From positions 108,246,024-108,310,023 of the forward strand of contig NC_085845.1 of assembly GCF_035594765.1 (NCBI RefSeq): 64,000 bases of DNA, written 5' to 3'. Below the pieces are notes generated by a model. It did not search any database. It saw only the letters and a program-made list of their open reading frames with translations, and was not told where the DNA came from. Positions within the stretch are counted from its first letter, which is position 1, and each line of letters begins with the position of its first letter. Shown here piece by piece: positions 12,680 to 24,205 of the stretch. The DNA comes from Anolis carolinensis (Eukaryota). Position numbers and translations under genes: made by a program.

Positions 12680-13575
12680 TGAAGAGGGCCTTCTCCGTGG
12701 TGGCCACCCGGCTCTCGAATTCCCTCCCCAGGGAGATTAGGCAAGCGCCTACCCTGTCAGCCTTTAGAAAACAGTTAAAATGTGGTTTTTCCAGTGAGCC
12801 TTTGAATAATCATTCCCCATAACAGACCCCTCCTAAAAAAAGACTGCTTTATTTGCATTTTACTCCCGTATTGGAAATAACTGGACCTCCTATTCCAACC
12901 CAAACTTCCGCTAGAGAACCCTTCAGCACTTTATCCTGACACTTTATTAAATGGTCTTACAACTATATACCTTGCACTTTTGTCTTGATCGCCCCCTGTC
13001 CCATTTTATCCATTAGTGGTGGTGTCTGCCTCATACTATTTTACCATTCTAGGTAAAAGGTTTCCCCTGACGTAAAGTCCAGTCGTGTCTGGCTCCGGGG
13101 GCTGGTGCTTATCTCCATTTCTAAGCCGAAGAGCCGGTGTTGTCCATAGACACCTCCAAGGTCATGTGGCCAGCATGACTGCATGGAGCGCCGTTACCTT
13201 CCTGCTGCAGCAGTACCTATTGATCTACTTACATTTGCATGTTTTTGAACTGCTAGGTTGGCAGAAGCTGGAGCGAACAGTGGGCGCTCAATCTGTTCCC
13301 CGGATTTGAACCTGCAACCTTTCGGTCAACAAGTTCAGCAGCTCAGTCCTTTAACACACTGCGCTATTGGGGGCTCCATTCTACTTTGCTATTATTGTGT
13401 TATACTGTATTAATGCATTTTAATCTGTTTTTATTTTTAATTGCTTGTTGATGTTGTTTATATATGCTTTTATTTTGCTCATGTATTGTTCTTTCGGGCT
13501 TGGCCCCATGTTAGCCGAGTCCTCTCGGGGAAATGGGGGCAGGATAGAAATATAAAGTATTATAATATTATTATT
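12680..13575 (+). mobile_element. L2 LINE 3' end (interrupted by Sauria SINE)
   Basis: RAFSVVATRL..SLP L2 ORF2 C-terminal peptide; 3' stem-loop gagtcctctcggggaaatg plus (ATT)n tail. Confidence 0.7.
13052..13377 (-). mobile_element. Sauria SINE
   Basis: tRNA head, BovB-like 3' end with (ACCTTT)-type tail, TSD ccattcta. Confidence 0.9.
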
Positions 13576-13761
13576 GTTTTAAAATTAAGCCACAGATGGT
13601 TGAATTCGTGGAGCATCAACATGGCAATACAATCAATTGCGGTGCCTGCCGGTATATATGAAATAGGGGAAAGGCCTGAGTCTGAAATCCCGCACTCATG
13701 GGATGCTCTTTGCGGAAATCCCAAGCGTTGTCCTTGCACCAGAGGAAAGGGTGCCCTTTAC

Positions 13762-13854
13762 CTGATCCGCTTGTTCCAGGAAGGAATCAGTCTTCTTCAC
13801 CACCACGCTGGCACTGGCATCTTCATTGGCTTCCAAGTCTATGCTGCCCACCCA
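13762..13854 (-). CDS. QDPR: QDPR exon 2
   Basis: ttgcag|[31 protein letters not shown]|gtaaag; 93 nt, phase 0/0. Confidence 0.96.
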
Positions 13855-14235
13855 CTGCAAATGTAAAACACAATTCCTACATTATTAGCTTTCAGTATAA
13901 TTTCCTGATACATCTCAAAGAGGATCAGGATCAATATCTCCACAGTAGCATAGGAGGCAGGTGAGCATAGGAGACACACCCCTCTGTAGCTGCAGATGCC
14001 CAGAGACTGACTGTGGGTTTTTACTGCTTCTCTCCTCATGCTGTAAACAAGGTTTGCTCCACCAGCATTATATTTAATGCCATTGGCTTAGTGGATCTAT
14101 TCTACCTGGGTTAAAGCATTGATTTTTCTGCCCTTGGGAGGGCTGATCCCTCACCCAGCCACCTCCATTCCTTCCTTCCTTCCTTTTTTCCTTCCTCCAG
14201 GGAAAACACCCCTTGCAGGGCTTCCTAATGCTTAC

Positions 14236-14328
14236 CCAGTCCTTGGCTCGGAAGTGCTGCACGCATTTGGAGCCCAGGGCTCCCCGCCCTCCATAGACCA
14301 GCACCCGGTGCGCCTCCGCCGCTGCCAT
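14236..14328 (-). CDS. QDPR: QDPR (dihydropteridine reductase) coding exon 1
   Basis: ATG at 14328; [31 protein letters not shown] with Rossmann GGRGALG motif; donor TGG|gtaag; GC/CpG-rich context. Confidence 0.97.
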
Positions 14329-14510
14329 CTCTGCCTCTCCTTTCCTCTCTCTCTTCTCTGAAGCGGGGAGGGGAGGGGCGTTCCTCCAGCTAGCCAATCG
14401 CCTTCGCCCTTGCGCCCCTTCCCAGCCTGATTGACAGGAGCAGGCGAAGGAGGCAGAGCCGGCCAAGGAGCTCCTGTCTCTTAAAGGGGACGCTAGCTCT
14501 GGCGTTTCGT
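14240..14510 (-). promoter_or_regulatory. QDPR CpG-rich promoter / 5' region
   Basis: CpG-enriched island around ATG, GGGGCG box near 14376, CCAAT at ~14394. Confidence 0.7.
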
Positions 14511-14654
14511 CCGATGCAAAGATGTATGTCTTTCTAGGGGTGTCGCTACATTAGTAGAATTGCTGCAGCTTAATGCCCCTTTAAACTGACAGGGCATCAT
14601 GGGAGTTGTAGTTTTACAGGTCTTCAGAATGCTCCACACTACAACTTAACTCAC

Positions 14655-14984
14655 CCATGGTGGTGGCGCAGTGTGTTAAAGCGCTGAGCTGCTGAACTTG
14701 CAGACCGAAAGGTCCCAAGTTCAAATCCCGGGAGCGGAATGAGCGCCCGCTGTTAGCCCCAGCTCCTGACAACCTAGCAGTTCGAAAACATGCCAATGTG
14801 AGTAGATCAATAGGTACCGCTCCGTGGGAAGGTAACGGCGCTCCATGCATTCATGCCGGCCACATGACCTTGGAGGTGTCTACGGACAACGCCGGCTCTT
14901 CGGCTTAGAAACGGAGATGAGCACCAACCCCCAGAGTCGGTCACGACTAGACTTAACGTCAGGGGAAAACCTTTACCTTTACCT
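14655..14984 (+). mobile_element. Sauria SINE inserted into a palindromic MITE ~330 bp upstream of QDPR ATG
   Basis: A box TGGCGCAGTGTG, B box GTTCAAATC, tail acctttacctttacct; TSD ctacaactt. Confidence 0.9.
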
Positions 14985-15505
14985 ACAACTTCCAGGATTC
15001 CATAGCTTTGAGCCATGGCAGTTAGAAGTCGAAATGCATCTATTCGACAATGTTGATACATCTGTGTAAAACAGAAAGAGGGCATTCAAGGTGCCTCTGA
15101 CTCTACATTGTGGGATTGATGCAGTTTGACACTGCTTTCGCTGCCATGGCTCAAGGCTATGGAATCCTGGGAGCTGTAGTTTTATAAGCCACCTCTGCTA
15201 GAGAATGCCAAAGCCTCACCAGACTGCAAATTCCAACTGTTGTTTATTGTCCAGTAGAAGTTGGATCTACACAGCTACACCATGCAATTTGAAACTGCGT
15301 TATTTAGACAGTGTATACCCATAATGTAATAGGGCGTTCCATGTAGTCATGCCGGCCACGTGGCCTTGGAGGTGTCTACGGACAACCCGGCTCTTCAGCT
15401 TAGAAATGGAGGTGAGCACCAACCCTCAGAGTTGAACATGACTAGACTTAATGTCAGGGTAGAACTTTTACCTAATGCGGTTTAGCAGCATTGAACTGCA
15501 TTATA

Positions 15506-15763
15506 TGTGTTGTCGAAGGCTTTCATGGCCGGAATCACTAAGCTGCTGTGAGTTTTCTAGCCATGTATGGCCATGTTCCAGAAGCATTCTCTCCTGACGC
15601 TTTGCCCACATCTATGGCAGGCATCCTCAGAGGTTGTGAGGTCTGTTGGGAACTCGAGAAGTGGGGTTTATATATCTGTGGAATGATGTCCAGGGTGGGA
15701 AAAAAGAACTCTCATCTGTTGGTGGCAAGTGTGAATGTTGCAATTAGCCACCTTGATTAACAT
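15506..15763 (-). mobile_element. Penelope-like element, 3' pseudo-LTR (left piece of the nest host)
   Basis: gttgtcgaaggctttcatggccggaatcact...; broken by an L1 poly(A) tail at ~15764. Confidence 0.85.
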
Positions 15764-16400
15764 TTTTAAAAAAATATTTTTTATTTAAAATTTTATATTA
15801 AGGAATATGAGAAAGAAAGAAAAAAATTGCACATCGAAAGTGGTAGAACATTGTTTGTATATAGTAAAGTAGGAAATAAGGTAGAAGAAAGAGAGAAAAA
15901 AGGATTTTGTTGACTTCCATCTAACTTTAACTGGTTCATCCTAAAAAAATAACTGTATATATATATATAAAAAAAATTCATAGATCACCGCATCCCCTTC
16001 GTCATCAATAACCTCAAAGATTGTCTCTAAATCAGCAGATAGGTTCCAATTTCATTTGTTTTAGATAGTCCTTTACCAAGTCCCAGTTAGTCTCTTTCTT
16101 CAGTAAACCTTGATTTGAAGATAACCAATATGTGAGTTTGTCCATGTTCATCACCTCCATAACTTTATCTAGCCATTCCTCCTTATTTGGAATCTCCTTT
16201 CGTCTCCAAAACTTGGCATATGTTATTCTGGCGGCCGCTACCAAGTAACTAAACAAAATCTCTTTATTTTTGTCCTGATCAATGTCTAACATTCCCAGTA
16301 AGAAAAACTCTGGTTCTCTTTTGATTTTTATCTTTAAAATTGTTTGTATAGCTTCATTAATGTCTCTCCAGTAAAGTTAAGCTTTTGGGCATGTCCACCA
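15764..16400 (-). mobile_element. L1 LINE 3' end (ORF2 C-terminus, 3'UTR, A-rich tail)
   Basis: WWTCPKA...ILFSYLVAAARITYAKFWRRKEIPNKEEWLDKVME...; frame rejoins 18550-18896 as FYHL|WWTCP. Confidence 0.88.
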
Positions 16401-16910
16401 TCTATATATATAAAAGAGTGATGGCATCACGGCAATTCACAAAACAACAAAAGTACAGGCCCCCCAACCTCAAAATTTGACAACACAACCCATCATCCAC
16501 GCCTCAAGGTTGATACAACAAAAAGAAAAGAAAAATAAAGTCCTAATTAGAGGGAGAGCAATAATTTTTTTTATCCAATTGCTGCCAGTTTAGAGGGCTA
16601 ATCTCTGCCCACTTGGTTGCCTAGCAACCAAGGGACAGCCAGGTTTCAGTTAGGGGACAGGCAGATTTAGGCCTCACTTAGACTTCTTCCACAGATTATC
16701 TAATTTGTACTGGATTATATGGCAGTGTAGACTCAAGGCCCTTCCAAACAGCTATATAACCCATTTAGAATCTTATATTATCTGCTTTGCACTGGATTAT
16801 CTTGACTCCGCACTACCATATAATCCACTTCAGTGTGCATTTTATACAGCTGTGAAGAAGGGGCCTCAGATAATCCAGTTCTGAGCAGATAATATAAGAT
16901 TAGAAATATA

Positions 16911-17570
16911 CAGTAGAGTCTCACTTATCCAACGTAAACAGGCCGGCAGGATAAGTGAATATGTTGGATAATAAGAAGGGATTCAGGAAAAGCCAATTAA
17001 ACATCAAATTAGGTAATCGTTATACAAATTAAGCACCAAAACATCATATTATACAACAAATTTGACAGAAAAAGTAGTTCCATGCGCAGTAATGCTATGT
17101 AGTATTTACAGTAGAGTCTCACTTATCCAACACTCGCTTATCCAACGTTCTGGATTATCCAACGCATTTTTGTAGTCAATGCTTTCAATATATCGTGATA
17201 TTTTGGTGCTAAATTCATAAATACAGTAATTACTATATAGCATTACTGTGTACTGAACTACTTTTTCTGACAAATTTGTTGTCTAACATGATGTTTTGGT
17301 GCTTAATTTGTAAAATCATAACTTAATTTGATGTTTAATAGGGTTATCCTTAATTCCTCATTATCCAACATATTCGCTTATCCAACGTTCTGCCGGCCTG
17401 TTTATGTTGGATAAGTGAGACTCTACTGTACTGTATTTACAAATTTACCACTAAAATATCACAATGAATTTAAAACACTGACTACAAAAACATTGATTAT
17501 GAAAAGGCAGACTGCGTTGGATAATCCAGAACATTGTATAAGCGAATGTTGGATAAGTGAGATTCTTCTT
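16911..17570. mobile_element. pogo/Tigger-like MITE with a same-family MITE (17109-17428) nested at a TA
   Basis: TIR CAGTAGAGTCTCACTTATCCAAC at 16911 and 17109; inverse TIRs ending 17428 (perfect) and ~17570 (degenerate). Confidence 0.85.
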
Positions 17571-17639
17571 TAATATGAAATAATTACTGGGATAGAATAA
17601 TGCAGAACAATATAATCTCTAAAACCAGGATAGTAAATA

Positions 17640-18030
17640 AACAGGGGAATTCCACACAGGAAACAATCAGGGCCAGCTAACACCTCCCAACAAAGTATTC
17701 CCATCATCAAAGTCTGGCAAATCCTGTTTTCTCAGGGCCACAGACAGTAGAAGCACATAAAATATCGCAAACAACATCACTCTGAAAACAAGGGTATTCC
17801 AGACAGGAAACAATCAGGGCCAGCTAACACCTCCCAACAAAGTATTCCCATCATCAAAGTCTGGAAAATCCTCTGTTTTCTCAGGGCCACAGACAGTAGA
17901 AGCACATAAAATATTGCAAACAACACCACTCTGAAAACAAGGGAATTCCAGACAGGAAACAATCAGGGCCAGCTAACACCTCCCAACAAAAAATTCACTC
18001 AGGGAGGAAACAGCAAGGCTTTAAAGCTGC
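17640..18030 (+). repeat. ~148-bp tandem array of Penelope-derived sequence inside the Helitron
   Basis: acaggaaacaatcagggccagctaacacctcccaacaaa recurs at 17656, 17803 and 17952. Confidence 0.85.
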
Positions 18031-18144
18031 AAGGCCATTACATCCTAATCATTTTTCCTAATTGCAGCATTCATACTTGCCTCCAACAAACAAAAAAAAC
18101 CAATCAGAAATATTGTATATTCACAACCTTTAGGAAATAATATC

Positions 18145-18470
18145 CCCTGATGGCGCAGCGTGTTAAAGCGCTGAACTGCTGAACTTCTGGACTGAAAGGC
18201 CACAGGTTTGAATTGGGGGAGCGGAGAGAGCCCCCACTGTTAGCTCCAGCTTCTGCCAACCCAGAATTTCGAAAACATGCAAATGTGAGTGCATCAATAG
18301 GTACTGCTCCGGCAGGAAGGTAACGCCGCTCCATGTAGTCATCCCACATGACCTTGGAGGAGTCTACGGACAACGCCGGCTCTTCGGCTTAGAAGTGGAG
18401 ATGAGCACCAACCTCCAGAGTAAGACACGACTGGACTTAATGTCTGGGGAAAACCTTTACCCTTGACCTT
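18145..18470 (+). mobile_element. Sauria SINE carried inside the Helitron
   Basis: Full-length match to the other Sauria SINE copies in the window. Confidence 0.9.
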
Positions 18471-18549
18471 AACTACCACCAATTCCTCAATACTTTATTT
18501 CCCATACCACCATACTTCGCCACAGCAACGCGTGGCCGGGCACAGCTAG

Positions 18550-18896
18550 TAAATGATAAAAAGTGCCCGTCTGTTGTTCACACTTCCAGCATTTGTCAGA
18601 TGCGTTCTTATAACATTTAGAAATTTTATAGGGGGTGGTATACCACCTATATTGCATCGCATATCGCATATCGTATGCATATGTATATCTAAGGCCCTGG
18701 TTCCAGATCTTCTCCCAACTTTTTAATTGAATTTGATGCCCCACATTCTGTGCCCATTTCACCATACATCCCTTTATCTGATTTTCTATTGTGGCCCACT
18801 CTAATAGTTTTTCATATAATTTTGTAATTAGTTTTTGCTCATTCTTCATTATGTTATCCCAAAACCTCTTTCTGCAAAACCTGTCTCTTTATCTAC
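18550..18896 (-). mobile_element. L1 ORF2 fragment (zinc-finger region)
   Basis: KW..QIQLKSWEKIW...MQYRWYTTPYKISKCYKNASDKCWKCEQQTGTFYHL. Confidence 0.85.
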
Positions 18897-19401
18897 TGTT
18901 CTGCCTCCATGCTTAACTAAATGAACTGGAAGGACCCATTGCACGAAGGACAGATTGGAGATTGTAGTTGGTGAAACAAATATTTTATTAATAGACAAAA
19001 TTGATCTCTTTTCCTCTTGTTGCCACTATGAATTCTCTTGTGAGGAAAGGAATCTTTGAGTCTATGCAGTTCTGGATAGATATTGCCACAGAGTATAAAG
19101 TCTTGGAATGATTGGATTCTTTGTATCTTTGAGATGACTTCAATGCAATGTTGACATCGCTTTCTCTATTGCTGTAGTCTATGGCTTTTTAATCTAATTT
19201 GAATACAGTTCCAATGTGACGTGAATTTCTGTGATCCTTTTACTTCCTACACTTCCTTCCAGTGCCTCACCAACTGACAAATTCTAACTGACAAAAATAA
19301 CTGCCATTTCAGGCTGGCAGGAGCCAAGGCTAAGCTCCGCCCCTTTAGAATCTTAAAGAGACAGGGCAGCAGGTAATGTTTTGCCTCCTCGTGGCATGAC
19401 A
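18897..19401 (-). mobile_element. 3' LTR of BEL/Pao retrotransposon (~505 bp)
   Basis: Minus strand TGTCATG...AGAACA; preceded by polypurine tract GGTGGGGAG (19402-19410); internal AATAAA. Confidence 0.85.
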
Positions 19402-19504
19402 CTCCCCACCTAAAACTTATTAATAAGTTTTACCCCCTTATTAATAACAAATAACTAACACAAAATATCAACTATTAACTAATCTAATGCAGATTATGGT
19501 CACA

Positions 19505-22020
19505 CTAGCTTATGGGTTCATTCCTGTGAAACATTAATACAAGGTCTGTGATCGGCCTCTCTAATATTCTGGATCCTGTTGTCTTTGTAGTCTTCACTCT
19601 TACCTTACGTACCTGATGGTCTCCACCTGGAATTACCTGGGTTATTACTGCCAATGGCCACTTTTTTCTAGGCGTGTCCTTTTCCTTCATCAAAACTATA
19701 TCGCCTATGCGAAGGTTCTCTTGGACTTGCTCCCACTTGGATCTTCTTTGAAGTAGAGGCAGATATTCTCTTTTCCATCATTTCCAAAATGTATTGGCTA
19801 ATGATTGCACTTGCTGCCATTGTTTACGATGGATGTTCTTCAGCTCTGCTGCAATAGTAATGTCTTTCCATTCTGGTGTCTTGAAGGTCAACAAGGTCGC
19901 TGGTGTCAACACATTTGGATCCTCTGGATCTGTTGATATTGGTGTTAGAGGACGGCTGTTAATTATAGACATCACTTCTGCCATAAGGGTGACGAGAATC
20001 TCGTGAGTAAGAATGGTAACATTTAACAACATGGCATCAAGAATTCTTCTGACGATACCTATCATCCTTTCCCATGCTCCCCCCATGTGAGATGCATGTG
20101 GAGGATTAAATAGCCATTTGCAACCTTCTTGCTTGAGGAATACTTGAACATCTGGATCTAACACAGACCTCTCTGGACATTCTAGATCTTTACATGCGCC
20201 TTTAAAATTCGTACCACAGTCCGATCTCAGAAGTTTCACTGGACCTCTAATTGCGAAAAAACGTTGTAGAGCATAGATGAATGATGTTGAATCCATGGAT
20301 TCTACAAATTCGTTGTGAACAGCTCGTAAGGATAGACAAGTAAACATTACTGCCCACCTTTTGTTGTTTACTACTCCTCCTCTTGTTCTTCTAGTTACTA
20401 TTTCCCATGGACCAAAAATGTCGACACCAACATTGGTGAATGGTGGTTGTATAGTGACACGGTCCCTTGGTAAGTCAGCCATGATTTGATGGGGATGTTC
20501 AGCCCTAAGTCTTTTACAAATAACACAGTCATTAACAACTTTAGTGACCAACCTTTTCATTCCCACTATCCACATTCCAGCACTTCTCACTGCTCCTTCT
20601 GTAAAGTGTCTGCCTTGGTGATATATTTTAGCATGATAATGTCTTATGAGGAGTAGTGAGATATGATGTTTAGCCGGCAGTATGTAAGGATGTTTCTCTC
20701 CCAACTTAAGTTTGGCCTGGGCTAAGCGACCCCCAACCTTTATTAAACCGGAACTGTCCAAAAAGGGGTTGAGATACCTTAAGGTACTTGACTTTGGTAT
20801 AGGCCGGTGATGTCTAAGGCACTGTAGTTCACTTTTGTACACTTCTGACTGCACAATCTGGATAATCTTTGATTCTGCTTCTTTTCTATCCTCTACAGAA
20901 GTAGGTTCGTTGTTTTTATAGTTGACGAAGTGTAAGATCTTAGCTATACTTATAACTAGTCGTTTCCAGGATGAGAATTTAATGAATCTTCTTGAGAACA
21001 GATCTTCCTGAGACTTTGATATGTTGGTGCTAAGTGTTCTTATCTCTTTATCTTCTTCTGGGTTACAGAGTTTGAATACTTGGTCCTTTGGAGGCACATA
21101 TTTTGGATCCTTTAAAAAGTCAGGACCTTTCAACCAATGCGAATTCATAAGCTCGTGAGCATAAATCTCTCTTGTGGCTTGGTCTGCTGGATTTGATTCT
21201 GTAGATATGTAGCACCACTGATTAGGTTTAGTTATCTGGAGTATTTGGTCTACTCTATTGCTAACGTATACATGGAATCTTCGTTGGGTGTTATATATAT
21301 AACCCAAAACAATTTTACTATCTGTATATAGTGTGATATCACTGAAAGATAAGTCTATTTCTCTTTTAATTATTTCTACAAGTTGTGTAGCTAACACTGC
21401 TGCACACAGTTCTAATCGTGGCATTGTATGACCATGTAATGGTGTCAACTTGGCTTTTCCCATTACAAATCCTAAATAGGCCTGGTCTCCTTGCAACACT
21501 CTAAGATAAGCTACAGCGGCAATTGCTTTGTTGGAAGCATCCGAAAATACATGAAGCTGTTTTAAGTTGCCTGAGACAGGCACATATTTCCTAAGGACTC
21601 CAACTTGTTCTAAAGCTATAAGAGAAGACGTCCACTTTTCCCATATAGACCTCTCTTTTTCTGAAAGAGGTTGATCCCAATGTTTCACTGCATGGGTTAA
21701 TTCTCTCATCAGGCATTTTCCTTTAATAACGACTGGTGCAGCAAAACCAAGTGGATCATAGATGCTGTTTATGACAGATAATATACCTCTGCGTATAAAG
21801 CTCTTTTGGGTGTTTGGTACTCGAAAGATGAATTTATCTTCCAGGATGTGCCAACATAAGCCTAGACTTCTTTGAACTGGCATAAACTCTTGTCCCAGTT
21901 CTAGTGTTTCCATCCCCTTTGCTCTATCTTCTTTGGGAAAGGCTAATAAAACTTCGAGGCAGTTCGAAACTATTTTATGTAATTTTATGTTGGCTGTGGC
22001 TAACATTTGTTTGGCCTTCT
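19505..22020 (-). mobile_element. BEL/Pao LTR retrotransposon pol (RT end, RNase H, integrase, C-terminal DUF5641-like domain), 5'-truncated
   Basis: YDPLG, LHVFSDAS, TMPRLELCAA, YTDS, HHCC zinc finger, VGVDIFGP, RSDCGTNFKGA, GGAWERMI; one in-frame TGA at 19778-19780 separates the 742-aa ORF from the tail. Confidence 0.95.
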
Positions 22021-22026
22021 GTTTGG

Positions 22027-22700
22027 TCTGGAGTTCCTCTGTTTTTAGAGTGTTGTTCCTTATTTAATGTTCTGATTTTAGAGGTTTTTTTAAATACAGT
22101 AGAGTCTCACTTATCCAACATTCTGGATTATCCAACGCATTTTTGTAGTCAATGTTTTCAATACATTGTGATATTTTGGTGCTAAATTTGAAAATACAGT
22201 AATTACTACTTAGCATTACTGCATATTGAACTACTTTTTCTGTTAAATTTGTTTTATAACATGATGTTTTGGTGCTTAATTTGTAAAATCATAACCTAAT
22301 TTGATGTTTAATAGGCTTTTCCTTAATCCCTCCTTATTATCCAACATATTTGCTTATCCAAAATTCTGCTGGCCCGTTTATGTTGGATAAGTGAGACTCT
22401 ACTGTACTGGTACAGATTTTGTTCATTTTCATGGTTTCCTCCATTATGTTGAAATTGTCCACATGCTTGTGGGTTTCAGTGACTTCTCTATGTAGTCTGA
22501 CATGGTGGTTGTTAGAGTTGTCCAGTATTTCTGTGTTCTCAAATAATATGCTGTGCCCAGGTTGGTTCATCAAGTGCTCTGCTATGGCTGACTTCTCTGG
22601 TTGAATTAGTCTGCAGTGCCTTTCATGTTCCATGGCCATATAGCCCGGAAAACTCACTGCAACCCAGTGATTCCGGCCATGAAAGCCTTTGACAAAACAC
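22027..22700 (-). mobile_element. Penelope-like element: GIY-YIG endonuclease C-terminus plus inverted pseudo-LTR
   Basis: EHERHCRLIQPEKSAIAEHLMNQPGHSILFENTEIL..RLHRE..HKHVDNFN; 22632-22700 is an inverted copy of 15506-15575. Confidence 0.85.
22097..22404. mobile_element. pogo/Tigger-like MITE
   Basis: TIR CAGTAGAGTCTCACTTATCCAACA at both ends; TA TSD. Confidence 0.9.
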
Positions 22701-24074
22701 CGCTAAAGATCTTGTAAAACTACAACTTACACAATTCCACGGCACTGAGCCGTGGCAATTAAAGTGGTGTCAAACTGCATTATTTCTACAGTGTTGACTC
22801 ATCCCTATGATGTCGAACACACAAGCCCCCGTACTCACATTGCTCTGACACACAGCTGATCTCTGCCAAGAGTTCCACAGGCTCACAGGAACCCTGTTTT
22901 TCCCTTTTCAAATAGACCTCAGCCACACAGATACATTGTATCCTCCCTCACAATAGTTTAAAAAAACCTCAGGCAGTCTCTCTCCATTGAGGCTCCATTG
23001 TCCCTCATTACATATTCACCGAGTGTAATAAATGGTATCCGATGTTGCTTTCACTTCCTCGCCTGTAAAAGCAGCCCTTTTGCAGGCAGCTTTCTATAAC
23101 CAAAAAACCACACATGAGCTGGTTCTTTTTCACGAATGAGTTTGCCTTTTTATGAATGAGCACTGGCAACGCGATCTGAAATGTCTTTTTATGAACTTTT
23201 AGGTATCAGGGACCACTTTCCCCTTTCCCTGCATGAACCCCATGTATTCCTTGTGCTGTTTCCTAGTCTTATGGGAACCCCAGCAAGCCCTCTTGCCTGC
23301 CTGGGCTGATGGAGAACCCCTGGGATTCTCTTCTTTTTCCACTATGAGAAACACAAAAGGAAATTGGAGCCCTTTTGAATGCCTTATAGGACTGATTGTG
23401 TTTGTTTCCCAACCTACGGGGATGCTGGATCTCGTGTTTCTCCTCCACGGTGGGCCCTACATGTGTCTCCTATCAATTATTATTATTTTGAATTATTTTT
23501 ATTATTTTTATTATTATTTCTTATAATATCTTACCCCTTATAAACGAGGCAGTGTGACCCTGATGTGAACTTTTGTCCAGCACACCATCTTGGCCTGGGC
23601 ATCATCAGGCTACATATTATTAATATGGGTTGCTAGACATTACCCTGTAAAGAAGAAACAATGGACTTCTTTTCCAGACCTCGGAGAGCACAAAGCCAGG
23701 CCATCTAGGAAGGAAGAAACCTTTGGACATTTTAAATCACTCATCATAAAAGGCTTGTTCTTCCTGCGAGGGAGACAAGAATAAGTCACCAGTGACCAGA
23801 CAAAGCCACCTCCTCCTTGGGACTTTGAATCATTCATAATCCCATCAAGGTTTTTGCCATGACTTTTCTTTCACTATAAGGCTTAGCAATATGCTTCAGA
23901 CTCTCATTCATGAGATTTGTTAAATCGATCAAGGAATCCATAGCCAGGTCCAGTTTGAGGGCCCGAAAACTTTTGCCAGATCGCTTGACAAAGGACTCAC
24001 CATAGAGTCACTCATAATCCTGTCATTAACACATGTTTGCCTTTTGTTCTTCCTGTTGCCATGCCTCCATCTCC

Positions 24075-24205
24075 CCCATTGGCCAGTGAGGGCGTGACGT
24101 CACATGCGGGGCTCACGCTCCCATTGGATGAAGCATGCAAACCTCCCAGACCATCCCTCCTGCCTCCTGACGTCAGTGAGGAGCCAGCTGGGTGGGCGGG
24201 AGCGG
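24075..24205. promoter_or_regulatory. Promoter-like module (2 CRE, 2 CCAAT, GC box)
   Basis: TGACGTCA at 24095 and 24168; ATTGG at 24078 and 24123; GGGTGGGCGGG at ~24190. Confidence 0.45.

Larger units (their letters stand above)
16401..18549 (+). mobile_element. Non-autonomous composite Helitron
   Basis: 5' TC, 3' CTAG, inserted between A and T with no TSD; subterminal hairpin GCCACAGCAACGCGTGGC; excision restores the L1 reading frame. Confidence 0.93.

Noticed and set aside
14329-14466. N-terminal extension of QDPR suggested by ORF 14074-14466
   Set aside because: Begins at a non-ATG codon in promoter/5'UTR sequence; homology starts at ATG 14328
14655-14730. tRNA-like A/B boxes (also 18145, 34205, 6860, 59900-59985)
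   Set aside because: They are SINE heads continuous with SINE bodies, not tRNA genes
17640-18030. Regularly spaced repeats resembling a CRISPR array
   Set aside because: The spacers are also repeated, so this is a plain ~148-bp tandem duplication of Penelope sequence in a eukaryote
19778-19780. Programmed readthrough or selenocysteine at the BEL TGA
   Set aside because: More simply a CGA>TGA mutation in a conserved Arg position of a dead copy
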